From contig JYFJ02002733.1 of the NCBI GenBank assembly GCA_000934665.2, forward strand, positions 1 to 51,970: DNA of 51,970 nucleotides, in the 5' to 3' direction. Shown here piece by piece: positions 1-11,715 of this stretch (position 1 is the first letter of the stretch; each line of letters begins with the position of its first letter). The position numbers and the translations under genes were made by a program. Below the pieces are notes generated by a model. The model did not search any database. It was not told the origin of the DNA and worked only from the letters and a program-made list of their open reading frames with translations. The DNA comes from Catajapyx aquilonaris (lineage: Eukaryota).

Positions 1-131
1 CTGCTGACCAATCATGACTCATCTAAACAAGCGCAACACATTGTTTACAGCTTGTTTACATGAGTCATGATTGGTCCGCGGCGTCAATGCGACCAAAGAC
101 CAAAACCATCGACGGCCTGTGTGTATGGGCC
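1..131. mobile_element. Right part of a palindromic PIF/Harbinger (Tourist-like) MITE
   Basis: Internal inverted repeat gaccaatcatgactcat...atgagtcatgattggtc (6-76); terminus ...gtgtgtatgggcc followed by TTA (132-134). The left end is outside the window. Confidence 0.55.
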
Positions 132-2074
132 TTACAGTATGCCCATACTTCTGCTGCAGATATATGGGAATGGCAGTATTAAAAACCTCAAAATTAGTCC
201 CCTCTCCACATGTATTTCCTCCATGACACTTGAATTCACAACACTGCCATCTACTTTGCCATCCAGACTGGTCCCAATGAAGGACTGCCCTGAATGCCAG
301 AGTAAGTGATGATTGTTGAACCTTCTAGTCACATGAAATTTCTTTGAGGGGAGGAGGAGGGAGGTGGGGGGGGGGGGGGTCCTTTCTTACATGCGGAACC
401 TGCATACAGCAGAACAGCTCAGTTCAAGAAATTTCACTTAACAAAAATAAGCATTCATTATACTGGACAATACTAACTAAAGGAAATTATTAAGAATTTA
501 AGGTGCATTAATATGTCTCCCCATTGCATTGGTGACCCCAAGTCCATCTTTTGGGGCCTATTGGCAGTCTGTTGGCTGTGAAAGTAGATTGAATACATAT
601 CGGAGATGGAAGTGGAAACCAAATGATTTTCATCGTGTGATTGGAAAGGTTATCAGTCATATGTTGCATATGCTCGTGAATAATGTGAACATTATGCTAA
701 CAGTTGCCATAAGTTGTAAAAATATTATCTCTAGCCCTTCAACTTGCTGGGTTTGATTAGGAAGGCGCCAAAGCAACTGTGGCTATCTGGCTATATAACT
801 AGTTGGAAGTAACCTGATACGCTTGCAGTGATTTCATCATAACTCATCCCCAGATGGACCAAAAAATTCAGATTCGTAAATATTATAAATGTTGATTCTG
901 CTACACATGAAGGTTGTCTTATTAATGGACCTATCAATGCTGTCATTTCCACATTAAATGGTTCTGTTATATCTAATAAATAATCAAGGAATATTTCATT
1001 TCATCATCAGATTGCAAAATGATTCTGCAATAGAACTGCTGTATCCAGGGACCCATTCAGTCATTTAAGTATACCCACAATATAAACTCCAAATTCTGAG
1101 CTGCTTACTTCATAGCCCACATCTTGCATGATTAAGAAAATGCAGTGTAATGTAAGCACCCTAATGATGTTACATTGGTTCTGCTATCTAAAATCATTCC
1201 TGGTTACATAAGAGACAAATTTTACAATCCCTCTCTGAATAAATTCTGGATAAAAACGGAACATACTGGACCATTGAACCATGACATAACAAGTCAATAA
1301 ATTAATGCTCCAAGAAGTTGATCACTCTCCATGTTCAAGTGCACTGTACGACTAATTAATATGATTTGTGATTAGACATACACATGTTCCAGAAGAAAGC
1401 ATTTCACCTTGCTTGTGGCTGTACAGAACTACAGTGAAATTTTCATCTCTACTAAAATTTTCCATCCTGAACAAGTTTCTGATAAACGTAAGAGAAATAC
1501 ATTAGAAATCTTCCATCAGAAACAAATCCAACTTCCACAATTGGCAAGTTTTTCTGTATCAGGGGTCTGTCATAGACACACTAAATCTATAATATTGGAA
1601 ATGAACTGTGGCATGTTTATCACATGCTTGGTGCATGTCTCATGATTGATTGTGACAGCACTATGATCTCAAAAGCTGTACAGCAAGAATGGTAATTTTC
1701 AACTTCGAATAAAACCATGCCAATCATCAACTTGTATATCTTCACCTTTGACAATGTGTATTCACTTAGTCGTCTAATTACACAACTAATGGTAGACTGT
1801 TGATTGAGGATGGAGCTTTGTTATTGTTGCATTTATTGGTGCCAACAATATTATAACAGGGTCAACTAGTTGACAACATGTCCTCATGGTGCAACTCAGC
1901 ATTAGAGATTTTCTGCAGTAGGGAACCCTACCTCCCAAATTTACTTCCTCTTCCAATTCCTACCTACGCAATTGGAAACAGGATTATTCAATGATTGTAG
2001 AGGGACTCCTCTTATGAGAAAGAATAGAGTAAGAATGAAACTGGGGAAAGACACCCAGCCACTTTGAATGATAA

Positions 2075-3206
2075 CACTATGCGACACGATATTTGTCCAT
2101 GGAAATTCATCATCATATTAGTGTTCCTTAGGTCACAAGTAACTGATTCATTTTGTCTTTTATTCGTTTTGACCTCGGGGCAGTCAAAAAACCAAAGTCC
2201 TCAAATATAGCATGTTTTTGCCAATCAAGTGGGCCTAAATGTTGCTAGACCATCTCGGACTTTTCTGAAAATAATCACAGCTGTACTGTACACACCTATG
2301 CCGTAACACTGCATATCAAGTTTCAGGCAAATTTCGAAATACCGTGGGGAGGGAAAAAATCGCGAGATTTTAAAAATGGGGCCCTTACTGGATAATTCTT
2401 TTCGGTCATTGGAAGTAGTCAAAACCCAATCAACATATACATCAAATGAAAGAGAAACACGAGTAGAATGCGCCTATGGAATTGGTTTTTCTGGAAAATG
2501 CGCCGAGAAAAACATGCGTGGCATTTCATCAGTCACATGTCCTAGAATTTGGATCCATTAAAATTAATGGTAATATATTCGGCAAGCATATCTATTATTT
2601 TCTCGCGAGCCATGCATGACCCAGGATTGAAACTGAACATATAGAATCTTGTATGGGTCACAACACCTGTCACCCAATATGGCTGCTCTTACACAAATAC
2701 ATCACTAATTGTTGGGGTCTAAACACTTGGACATGTGACCGATGGAATGCCATACATGTTTTTCTGAGTGCATTGTCGAGAAAAACACATTCCATAGGCG
2801 CATTCTACTCGCGTTTCTCTTTCATTTGATGTATATGTTGATTGGATTTTGACCACTTCCAATAATCTAAAGAAATTATCCAAAAAAGGACCAATTTTCA
2901 AAATGTCGCGATTTTTTCCCTCCCCACGGTATTTCGCAATTTGCCTGAAACTTGATATGCAGTGTTACGGCATAGGTGTGTACAGCTGTGATTATTTTCA
3001 GGAAATCCGAGATAGTCTAGCAACATTTAGGCCCACTTGATTGGGAAAAAACTGCTATATTTGAGGACTTTGGTTTTTTGACTGCCCCGAGGTCAAAACA
3101 AATAAAAGACAAAATGAATGCCCATTATGAGTTACTTATGACCTAAGGAAAACGTACATGATGAATTTCCATGGACAAAAAAAAGTCAAATTTTGTTGCA
3201 TCATGT
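2075..3206. mobile_element. Foldback/MITE DNA element with ~470-bp inverted arms
   Basis: About 2075-2545 is the reverse complement of about 2727-3206 (e.g. ttgtccatggaaattcat / atgaatttccatggacaa). Mirror-image ORFs appear in the ORF track. Exact termini are approximate. Confidence 0.85.
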
Positions 3207-3641
3207 AATGTAATGGACAATGGAATGATAATAATAGAGAAAGAAGTGGACCCCATAGGTAAAACATCACGTAACTGGACGGAACATTACAGGTCCAGTA
3301 ATAGTAGTTGCAAGAGCAAAAGGGTAACAGATATTATGCATCTTTCGAGATGTTTGAATGGTCTGCTATTTAAGACTACTGATCCATTTGTCTTAGCTCA
3401 TTTCCAACAAACCTGTCAGTGTCTGTAAGGCAACAGCTTATAGCAGCGAAGTGCACAATGTATTTAATATAATTACTGAACATATGGTCAACCTTTACTA
3501 TTCCTCTAAGCCTATTTTCACTTCATTCGCTATATACATAAAAAAACAGTTAATCAGTGGGAAGAATGACTCTCTCCTCCTAAAGGCCCATTTGTACCAA
3601 TTTGGCCACATCACTGTGTGGTGGTGAATGTGGTCAGATGT

Positions 3642-4328
3642 TCAAGTGCGATACAGTCTCATCTGCTCCTGAAGCTCATCCATGGAGTGGATGCCAAACT
3701 TATCCTGCTGTGCAGCCACGAGAGTGTAGATCTCCTTCAACTGCCTCTCCTGCGTTCTATAAAATAAAAGGGAATTTTAATTTTATTACTCTGTGAGAAG
3801 TGATGGATAAGTAAAGAGGCCTTAAGGATTCCCAAACACTTAACTTTCAGCACTTTATACTGGCCAAAAGACACTCACGTGCAGACCCTTTTAGGCCCAT
3901 AAATAAACTGAATTGGCTTGCACACATTATATCAAAATGTGCAAAAGAAGAAATGGGCTCTTCAAGTATGCCAGGACGAAGTGGGCATCACATTTACGAA
4001 GCATCAATTCAGAATCAAATAATATAAAGGCATCTTACTCTATCTCTCGCTTCTGCTCCTCTGGATCTAGCACAGCTGGTGAATTATTGAGAAGTGAAAA
4101 GGCTTTTCTTTCCTCAGAGTTGCTATCCTTCCTATCTTCATGGTGGCTTCCTGACGCTGCCTTCTTTGCCTGCTTTGAATGGTGTGACATCCACAGGTCG
4201 ACTAACATGGTGACAATCAGGCACAAAATGGCAAGCCCAATTGATGCCAGGTAAAATGTTGTATGATTGGCCCAGTTCACATTGATATTGGACATCCATG
4301 AAGGTGGGATCATCCAATCCATGTTCAT
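3642..4328 (-). CDS. MXRA7: MXRA7-like single-pass membrane protein; complement(join(3642..3756,4039..4328))
   Basis: Hydrophobic segment FYLASIGLAILCLIVTMLV. A GT-AG intron (4038-3757) joins in frame to EEQKREIEETQERQLKEIYTLVAAQQDKFGIHSMDELQEQMRLYRT*, which matches the MXRA7 C-terminal helical motif (QL..I..L....DKFG......EQ.RLY). Confidence 0.75.
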
Positions 4329-4779
4329 AAGAAACTTGATCTAGAACAAGAATATTCATGTTAAATGACAATACACAAATTACCAAGAATCAAGACACTC
4401 CTCCCATCAGACCAACTGGACCTGCACATCTTGTAAATTGCAGATTTTGGTACTAATAAATGCACATGAACTTCTCGAATCAAAATCTATTCCTACATAT
4501 GACCAAGAGCTATGACATGTGAGAAGATTCAGAACACTTTACACACGGCACATGATATGATGCAAGTATGCCCAACGATTCCATAATATTGCTGGACACA
4601 AACTCATGTATGCTGTGCTTGAGAGTACAAATAGCTTCAACTGTATGCAGCACAAAACATAGCTCGACAAATCCTCCATGACACAGGATGAGTCCTGCCA
4701 TATACTTACACCCCCGTACGTGTGCATGCAAGCACTGCACAGAACATTAAGTTGACAGCTTCAATGAGTACCACTTGGC

Positions 4780-5225
4780 AGCACATAAACTTTGCCATTA
4801 CTCGAGTGTAAACAGCAGTTTGGTGCACCACGGAATCGACCAGCAACAGATGGGAGGAACCCCTCGCGTGTCCACCCAAGATACACGTACCTTGCACGTC
4901 AGTATGCGCCTACCTCCTCCGCGAAACGAAGCGGAGACAAGTCAGCAGTGGCCCCAACTCATTTATCTTTGGAGCCCATGGCCGCCGCCATTTCTCAACT
5001 GTTGATTCCGAGTCCTCCCGCTGCCCATGACGACGGCGCTGGCCTCCGTCCGCCATCTTGCCTCCTTCTCCCGAACAAGCTGGAGATCATCTGCTCTTCC
5101 TTGGGTATCGAGTTTTGGCTCGTCGGTGACCCCACCGAGGACAAGAATTAGCAGCGGGACACAAATTATCAAGGTTAGAACGGGTGCCACCACAGGCACC
5201 GTCAACTTCCACTCACCGACCTTGG
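4780..5225. promoter_or_regulatory. CpG-rich divergent promoter region for MXRA7-like and COX6B
   Basis: GC/CpG-rich stretch between divergent genes. YY1-like motifs gccgccattt (~4984-4993) and cgccatcttg (5051-5060). Candidate UTR-exon donors lie on both strands. Confidence 0.5.
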
Positions 5226-5719
5226 AAAATGAAAAAAAGAACGCAACTATTTTCGTACAGACAGTGCATTACAACATTTTGGGCACAATAATATGCCAGA
5301 ATAAGTTAGTGTGAACCACACACTGCCTGTGCCCAGGAGAATGTGGGATGTGTTTCATATCCAGCTGATAATAAAATGTACAGTCTTATACACAGAACAG
5401 GCACCTAAACTCAACAGTACTCTACAGTCAGCTCTGATCATTCCATTGCAATCAACAGGAGAGTTCCTAAGCGAAAGTTTTCTAGGTAGCTCAAGGGTTC
5501 ACTAACTATTACTGAAGCAAGGTTGCCCAACGTACACAACATGCAAATAATTTTAATGGACATCATTCTGCAAATAGTACGTTTCTGGCAGGCAGTCTTA
5601 ACATGTATTGCATGTATTAACAGCATTTTTCTATTTAGCAGGGGTAGTAAGAGGTAGGGTCATTGGTCCGATTAGGGGTGCCACAGTATTGAAATAATTG
5701 CACCGTAGTCATTAAGAAA

Positions 5720-6007
5720 GCCGGCGCCGGTGGACTAGTGGTTAGCGCGCTCGCCTCTGGACACTCTGGTCCCAAAGTTGTGGGTTCGAACCCGGCTGAG
5801 GTCGGTGACTTCTCTCTGGGTGGTAAAAAAGTGTGAGTGTGCCTTCCTTCGGAGAGGAAGTAAAGTCGTCGGTCCCGTGTGCTTGTGACATTGCATGAGT
5901 GCACGTTAAAGATCCCCAGAGTGGCCAAATTTCCAGGAGGAGGACCACCCTATGGCGTCGGTGTTGAGTCTAGCGGCAGAAATAGGCAGACGTTAGCCCC
6001 TACTAAA
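5720..6007 (+). mobile_element. tRNA-derived SINE with Deu/Nin-like central domain (family A, copy 1)
   Basis: Box A tggactagtggt and box B ggttcgaaccc; central ccttcggagaggaagtaaag...cacgttaaagatccc. 15-bp TSD gtagtcRttaagaaa at 5705-5719 and 6008-6022. Second copy at 31954-32238. Confidence 0.9.
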
Positions 6008-6399
6008 GTAGTCGTTAAGAAATTGGAACCACCTATTACATAACTTCGACTCTTTTTAAAACTACGCATAAACCTGCACATGAATGTACAACCAAGTCAG
6101 AGGAATATGCCAAGTATAATTTCAGGGGGGGAAACCGTGTAGAAGTGTATAACTTGAGGTGTATGAACTTACCATCATCTTGCTGGATATGCCACGACTG
6201 TATTTCCAATCAGGTTGAGTAATAATGAAGTAGATCATTTGCTTAGGTCAGGGTATAGCTCACTTGTCTTGACATAGCTTTGGTGTGAACTTCCCTTGAG
6301 TTCTTTCAATAGGTCTCCAGTAATTTATTGGCATGTAGTAATTTTTACACGTTCAACATCTCTACAAATTTAAAAAAAAATCTCTCCAGGATCCCAGCA

Positions 6400-7847
6400 A
6401 TGGCTCCTCCTGCTGTGAAGGCCCCTGAGAAGTTGGAGACAGCACCATTTGACCCTCGCTTTCCCAACACCAACCAGACACGGTCAGTTGATTGATCTTC
6501 CATGTGATTTTTGTGTGTTGCATTTGTATTATGACTCAGTTGAAAAGTGTAATTTTGCAGTAAGATAGAGGGATATCTACATAGTAAACACCTGGGCATA
6601 AGAGGGTCACAGGAGATGTCTTTGCTCCTATACTTTGTCGCTGAGATAATTGCCTGTCAACAAATAGTGACTATCACTATGAGTTGGTGTTTCTTTATAC
6701 TGCTACCGTTTTGTAGCAGTGCTTCCCAGACTGTGGGTTGCGACCCTATTTGGAGTCATAAACATAATATTTGGGGTCGTGAGGGAGGGTACCAAATTAC
6801 TTTTACAAGTAAATTCAAGGGGTGATTTAGATGGCATAATATTAGCAGCTAATACTTTTAATAACCATTATAAGTAATAATGCCAAAAGTAACTGCTAAA
6901 ATAAGCAGCTTAGTGCCAACAAATAGCCATATTAGTCGGATAAGAAGTATTTTACACCACCCTGTGTGTGTGTGTAGTACACACATACATACTAGCCAGT
7001 CTCAGCCTAGGCATATTCGATGCTGAAACTGCCCCAATCATTATCAAAGAAGATTATGACAAGCTGGTGATGTAAATCCTTGAAAGCTCTATACTACTGT
7101 AGCTACAGAAATCCCCAAGTGGAAGATGTGAAATTCTACAGTCCCAAAAAAGAGAGATACCACTTTCTTCTCTTATTTTTTCTCTTCATTTCTGTTTCCA
7201 TCTGTCCCACCTTTGTATCTTATGGTAGCCAGATAGTCATAGTTGCTTTGGCTTCTTCCTAATCAAACCAAACAAATCTATAGTCCCCACCATCCTGTCC
7301 CCCAAAGGTCAGTTGCCCATGTCCTGCCTGCCTCAGCCAGCCTCCGGGCAAAGTTCAAGACCCCCAAAAAATCCACCATTTTGATCATTACATAATTATA
7401 AATTAATATTGAGAATACTGACTATGAAAACTAGATGTTGCAAGTTTTCATGCTGATGTAACTGCTTGGTATTTCTGCAATTGGGATCCCCTCCCAGGGT
7501 GTTAGTTGCTGCATCATGAATGTAATGATGGGTGATGCTGGCATGGAATCCAAAATATATAAATACCTAAAAATACAGGTATGTTATGTGATATTTGCTG
7601 AGTTTACTGGTGTAAATTGTGCAAATAAGTTGAGGTATGAATATTTCAACTGATTTGTGATGCAAACCTACATTTCAGGTATTGCTACCAGAGTTACATC
7701 GACTATCACCGTTGCCGCAAGGTGAAGGGGGAGAAGTATCAACCCTGTGATTACTTCCGTCGTGTGTACACCTCCATGTGCCCCAATGCCTGGGTTGAGA
7801 AGTGGAACACGCAGCAGGAGGAGGGACGCTTCCCAGGGCGCATCTAG
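6400..7847 (+). CDS. COX6B1: Cytochrome c oxidase subunit 6B; join(6400..6482,7679..7847)
   Basis: MAPPAVKAPEKLETAPFDPRFPNTNQTR|YCYQSYIDYHRCRKVKGEKYQPCDYFRRVYTSMCPNAWVEKWNTQQEEGRFPGRI*: TAPFDPRFPN motif and Cx9C/Cx10C. GT-AG intron in phase 2. AATAAA at 7924-7929. Confidence 0.97.
6717..6790 (+). mobile_element. hAT (Charlie-like) MITE left-end fragment
   Basis: cagtgcttcccagactgtgggttgcgaccc...ggggtcgt resembles the terminus of the intact hAT MITE at 38687. Confidence 0.4.
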
Positions 7848-7968
7848 TCAGCAAACTTAACAACTCTGCTCCATCCTTCCCAATTTCACACTTAGTTTGG
7901 CCATGTGGCATAAATAAGGCGTAAATAAAACATCGTTATTGAGTGATAACCACAAAGAATTTATTATC

Positions 7969-8040
7969 TGGCTTCCCTTTTCTTCGCCCAAGCAGCGACT
8001 CATTCAAGCTTTGTCTGCAAGGGGTCATCCTTGATAGCCA
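7969..8040 (-). promoter_or_regulatory. SECIS element (type II) in the MSRB1 3' UTR
   Basis: Minus strand: tggct-atcaagg-ATGAc-cccttgcagac-AAA-gctt-gaat-gagt-cg-ctgcttggg-cGAa-gaaaaggga-agcca. Helix I tggct/agcca, UGAC/CGAA quartet, 12 nt from AUGA to the AAA bulge, apical mini-stem. AATAAA follows at 7965-7960. Confidence 0.9.
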
Positions 8041-8054
8041 TAATTGTCATGGTT

Positions 8055-8731
8055 TTACATCTTTGGTTCCCTCCTCTGCGCAGGTACAAACCGCAGGGAG
8101 TGACTGAATATTCAGAAACGCGATCCTCCATCCTCCCGATCCTTCAGGAACTCATGCCCCAGACCATTTCCACACTTCCCACAGGAGACCTTGTAAGCCT
8201 TTGGGCGGCCCTCTTCAGCTTTCTTGGTGAGGGAGTCGGGTCGGATGGGCCGAGTGAAAGCAGGCCAGGGAGTTCCATGCTCATACTTTGACACGCTGGA
8301 GAAGAGTTCGTGGCCACACTCGACACACACGTACATCCCTAAAGACAACGACGGTTCATTCATTTGGGATTCAACACCAGAATTCAACTCCAAGAATTAA
8401 ATTATCAGAACTGTTGAAATTTTGTTTAGTGCTACTGTGGTGGCAACCCTACAGAACAGTCAATTGCTGCTCACCTAAGCCTCATTTTGCAATGTCATGA
8501 AGTGTTTACGCAGCAAAAGGGAAAAACAAACGTTACAAGCAATACCGGTACCTCACCATCTGCCAATAGTCGGTCATTGTCTCTCTTTCAATGTATATAA
8601 TGTGATTAATGGTTGATGCAACAACTATTATACATGAACCCCTTCATTATGTAATGAAATAAAATGTAATAACAACCTGCTTCAAAGTGGTCAGTGTAAA
8701 CTTCCTTCCCAGCCCAGCTACAAAACGCCAT
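8055..8731 (-). CDS. MSRB1: Methionine-R-sulfoxide reductase B1 (selenoprotein R/X), Sec at TGA 8114-8112; complement(join(8055..8338,8677..8731))
   Basis: [33 protein letters not shown]...PWPAF...[15 protein letters not shown]...[24 protein letters not shown]. Matches the MSRB1 RFUIFS motif, with two CxxC zinc ligand pairs and Cys4. SECIS lies downstream. Confidence 0.95.
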
Positions 8732-9064
8732 ATTTCAGTCGCAACCAAGCCCCTCGCTTCACACCGCGTAGCTCTTCCGAACAGGAATACAGAAGGAAAG
8801 AATGCGGTCTGCGGTCGGAGACGCTTTATCAGCCACAGCGGCCGAGGCAGATCGGAAATCCGAGGCGAAAGTTTTCCAGCCGCAAAAACAGGTCGGCCGA
8901 AGATGGCGCTTCGGCCAGTCCCTTCTTTTCGAACGCACCCTGGCACCCTCTTGTTTCCTGCCGAACGCGCCCCCCAAAGTGCGACCGTCACTTGTTTCGT
9001 GCGTCGGCTGGTCATTGCTTCAGGCTTCTTCCGCAGACCCTAGTTGAGGGCGCTGAAAGTCAAG
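8732..9064. promoter_or_regulatory. Bidirectional promoter MSRB1/UBFD1
   Basis: Only 333 bp between the divergent ATGs; CpG-rich; YY1-like aagatggcg at 8900-8908. Confidence 0.65.
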
Positions 9065-11715
9065 ATGGACGCCTCTGCAGGCGAAGGTGAGTCCGCCGAA
9101 CGCTCCTACTTCCCCATCAAACGTGTCGGGGGGAACATCCGGAGGTCGGAGGATGCCGGGGACGCATGGGGCTGCTCACGGCGGTGGGGAAATGCAGGGT
9201 TCCACACCCGGTGGGCTTCTACCGGTGCAGGGAGAGGGGGGGTCAAAATGCAGTGTCACTCACCCTGTTATAGGGTTGAAGCAGGGAGCATAAACAAAGC
9301 ATCTTGTCCTAGGTTCAGGTGTTTATATGCATGTGGGGAGAATGGACTTGGCTTGCAATGTGTGTGCACCAGTCTTTTGAAAGTACCGTGAGTGGATACC
9401 TGTGTAGCTATGAGTGACTTGTTGAGGGACCACATGGATGGCACCAGTGCTATTCTTGCATGTTGGGCAATGCTTTGAATGTGACTTGCCAACTTATTTG
9501 GTGGGAGGCCATTGCTGCAAGTCAGTACAGTGCCGGACATAATATTAGCAGTCCCTAAATGTTCACTTAGTTGCCAGGTAACGCCAGCGCCGCCAATGCC
9601 AAAAAATAAACATTTAGGGACTGCTAATAACTATGTCCTACGTTTCCAGGACTAACAACAGTGGAATTTCTTGAAATGTTTAGAGACAAAGTTGGGCATA
9701 ACTTCTTCACAATACGGTAATGCAAAACAGAACTCAGGTGCATCAACTTTTTCGAGAGATGTGTAATGATTGAGGTAAGCAGTTCCCCTCCTGCTAACCT
9801 CTGAAAATGGTGAAAAGTGCAATTATCCGGAAAAGTTTTAATTATTAATTTATATCTGTATGCACCAGACTCAGTATTGTGCTATTTATTTCTAGTGGAT
9901 GAGATGGATGAGACTACATCTCCAGTTACTCCAACATCATCCTCATCATCCCCACCCTCAACCTGCACCCCTACCTCCACCTCCTCGGCTGTTCCTCCCC
10001 CAACGGCACCTAGTCTCCCAGTAGACTCCACCTCCTCCTCAACGCCAACACCCACAGAACACCAAGAAGAAGGAGAAACCTCTACCAACACCTGCAACTC
10101 ACCATCTGAGCAGTCAGAAGACCCGTCCAACCACAACACAATATGTCCTGCTGACTCATCCTCTGAACCACCACAGGAAGACACCATCTCAGATGAAACC
10201 TCCAGGAGTACAGAAGTGGTGGACTTTAAGGTGGTCTACAACAAGCGCAAATTTGATGTCAGCTTTCCACCTGATGAGACTGTTGGACGACTTAAGATTC
10301 ACCTGCAGGGTGTCATTGGTCAGTCCTTTTGTTCATGGTTACACCAATTGCCATGTTTATTTAAAATTAATAAGGAACTTTGTGAGTAATTGAAGTTTGT
10401 GTATCAACATTTATACTGCAACTTCTGAGGAGACTAATCACAATATTGTGCTATGATTTCAGGTATTCCACCAGCAATGCAGAAGGTAATGGTGAAGGGA
10501 TTAGCTCGGGATGAGCGCACCCTCCGAGAGCTGGGGGTCAGTGCTGGAACAAAGCTGCTGGTGGTGGGGTCCACCTTGGATGATGTACTGGCGGTTTCCT
10601 CCACCTCCTCCAAGGACCTGGCTGCTGAGGAATCAGCACAAAGCCCAGCAAAGGAGCCTCTGTGCCAACAGAAGCAGCATCGTAAGATATTAGACAGAGG
10701 CATACCAGAGGATGCCATGCCTGGTATCAAAAATGTCAAGGTGAATAGTTTCTGGCTTATCAGGAATTAAGAAATGGCATGTGTTGCATGCCCTTTTGTA
10801 TGTAAACAGATCATGTGAATGGCTGTGCAACAGAAGTTACATAGTCATATTAAAATACAAGCATAACATTAGATATCAATGAATAACCTGGGCCTGTGTG
10901 CAAGTAATTCTACAATAAATATTTAGAGATCGTGAGCGTTCCCTAGTGGGCATTGTATTGTGCATGAAGGAGCCATAAGAGTTTAAAGGACTTCATCTTG
11001 TGTGCTGTCAGACTACATGTGTGTCAAAACATGTCATCCCTGCATCTCTATGAATTCATTATTACAGGAGAGTCTCCCTGCATACCCCCTGACTGGGATG
11101 GTGAACAAGGGAGGGGGCAAAGTGCGGCTGACGTTCAAGATGGAGCAGGACCAGCTGTGGATTGGGACCAAGGAGCGGACGGACAAGCTGCCCATGAGCT
11201 CCATCAAGAATGTGGTCTCAGAGCCTATCAGTGGGAATGAGGAATATCACATCATGGTCAGATATTGTCTTTGTATAAGGGAATTTCGTAGTAGTTAGAA
11301 GGAAGGACCAACACGAGGGTCTTCCCTTTTCCATTTACTTTTTGTGAATTATGGGTTGGAGTCTTACGGACTAAGGGCAGCGAAATGAATGCCCGCCCGC
11401 AAGTACTTGCAGTCTGTAAGTCCACTTGCAGGACCCCTTGACTTGCCTGCAACTCTCAGCTACAAGTCTGCAACTTTGCAGGCAGGTGCTCATTTTGCTG
11501 CCGTACCAGGCATGTTTATCTCTTGTGTTGTTTTTATGATAGGAATTGCCAGTGTAATGTTATTTTTTAAGGTGTCCTAATGCAATAATTGCTTAAATTT
11601 CCAGGGAATTCAATTGGGTACGACAGAAGCATCCCGCTACTGGGTCTACTGGGTGCCAGCTCAGTATGTGGATGCAATTAAGGACTCCATCTTGGGGAAG
11701 TGGCAGTACTTTTGA
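9065..11715 (+). CDS. UBFD1: Ubiquitin domain-containing protein UBFD1; join(9065..9086,9896..10318,10463..10740,11068..11256,11605..11715)
   Basis: UBL domain VDFKVVYNKRKFDV...GIPPAMQKVMVKGL; QKQHRKILDRGIPEDAMPG; PH-like C-terminus GGKVRLTFKMEQDQLWIGTKERT...YWVYWVPAQYVDAIKDSILGKWQYF*. All introns GT-AG and in phase. Confidence 0.93.
9543..9629. mobile_element. Small MITE/hairpin in UBFD1 intron 1
   Basis: Perfect 21-bp inverted repeat tattagcagtccctaaatgtt / aacatttagggactgctaata. Confidence 0.6.

Noticed and set aside
2225..3040. Duplicated short ORF pairs on opposite strands
   Set aside because: By-products of the inverted arms of a foldback element.
4775..5314. Overlapping ORFs in GC-rich regions (also 8647-9391, 22937-23533 minus, 47950-48796)
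   Set aside because: No recognisable motifs; explained by stop-codon scarcity in GC-rich promoters or by antisense shadows of real exons.
5720..5800. tRNA-like sequences here and at 13480, 14222, 30767, 32238 and 41030
   Set aside because: They have boxes A and B but continue into shared SINE bodies, most with TSDs or tails. They are SINE heads, not tRNA genes.
8112..8114. TGA as the true stop or a pseudogenising mutation of MsrB
   Set aside because: It sits at the catalytic position, the conserved IFS..L.F motif follows and a SECIS is present.
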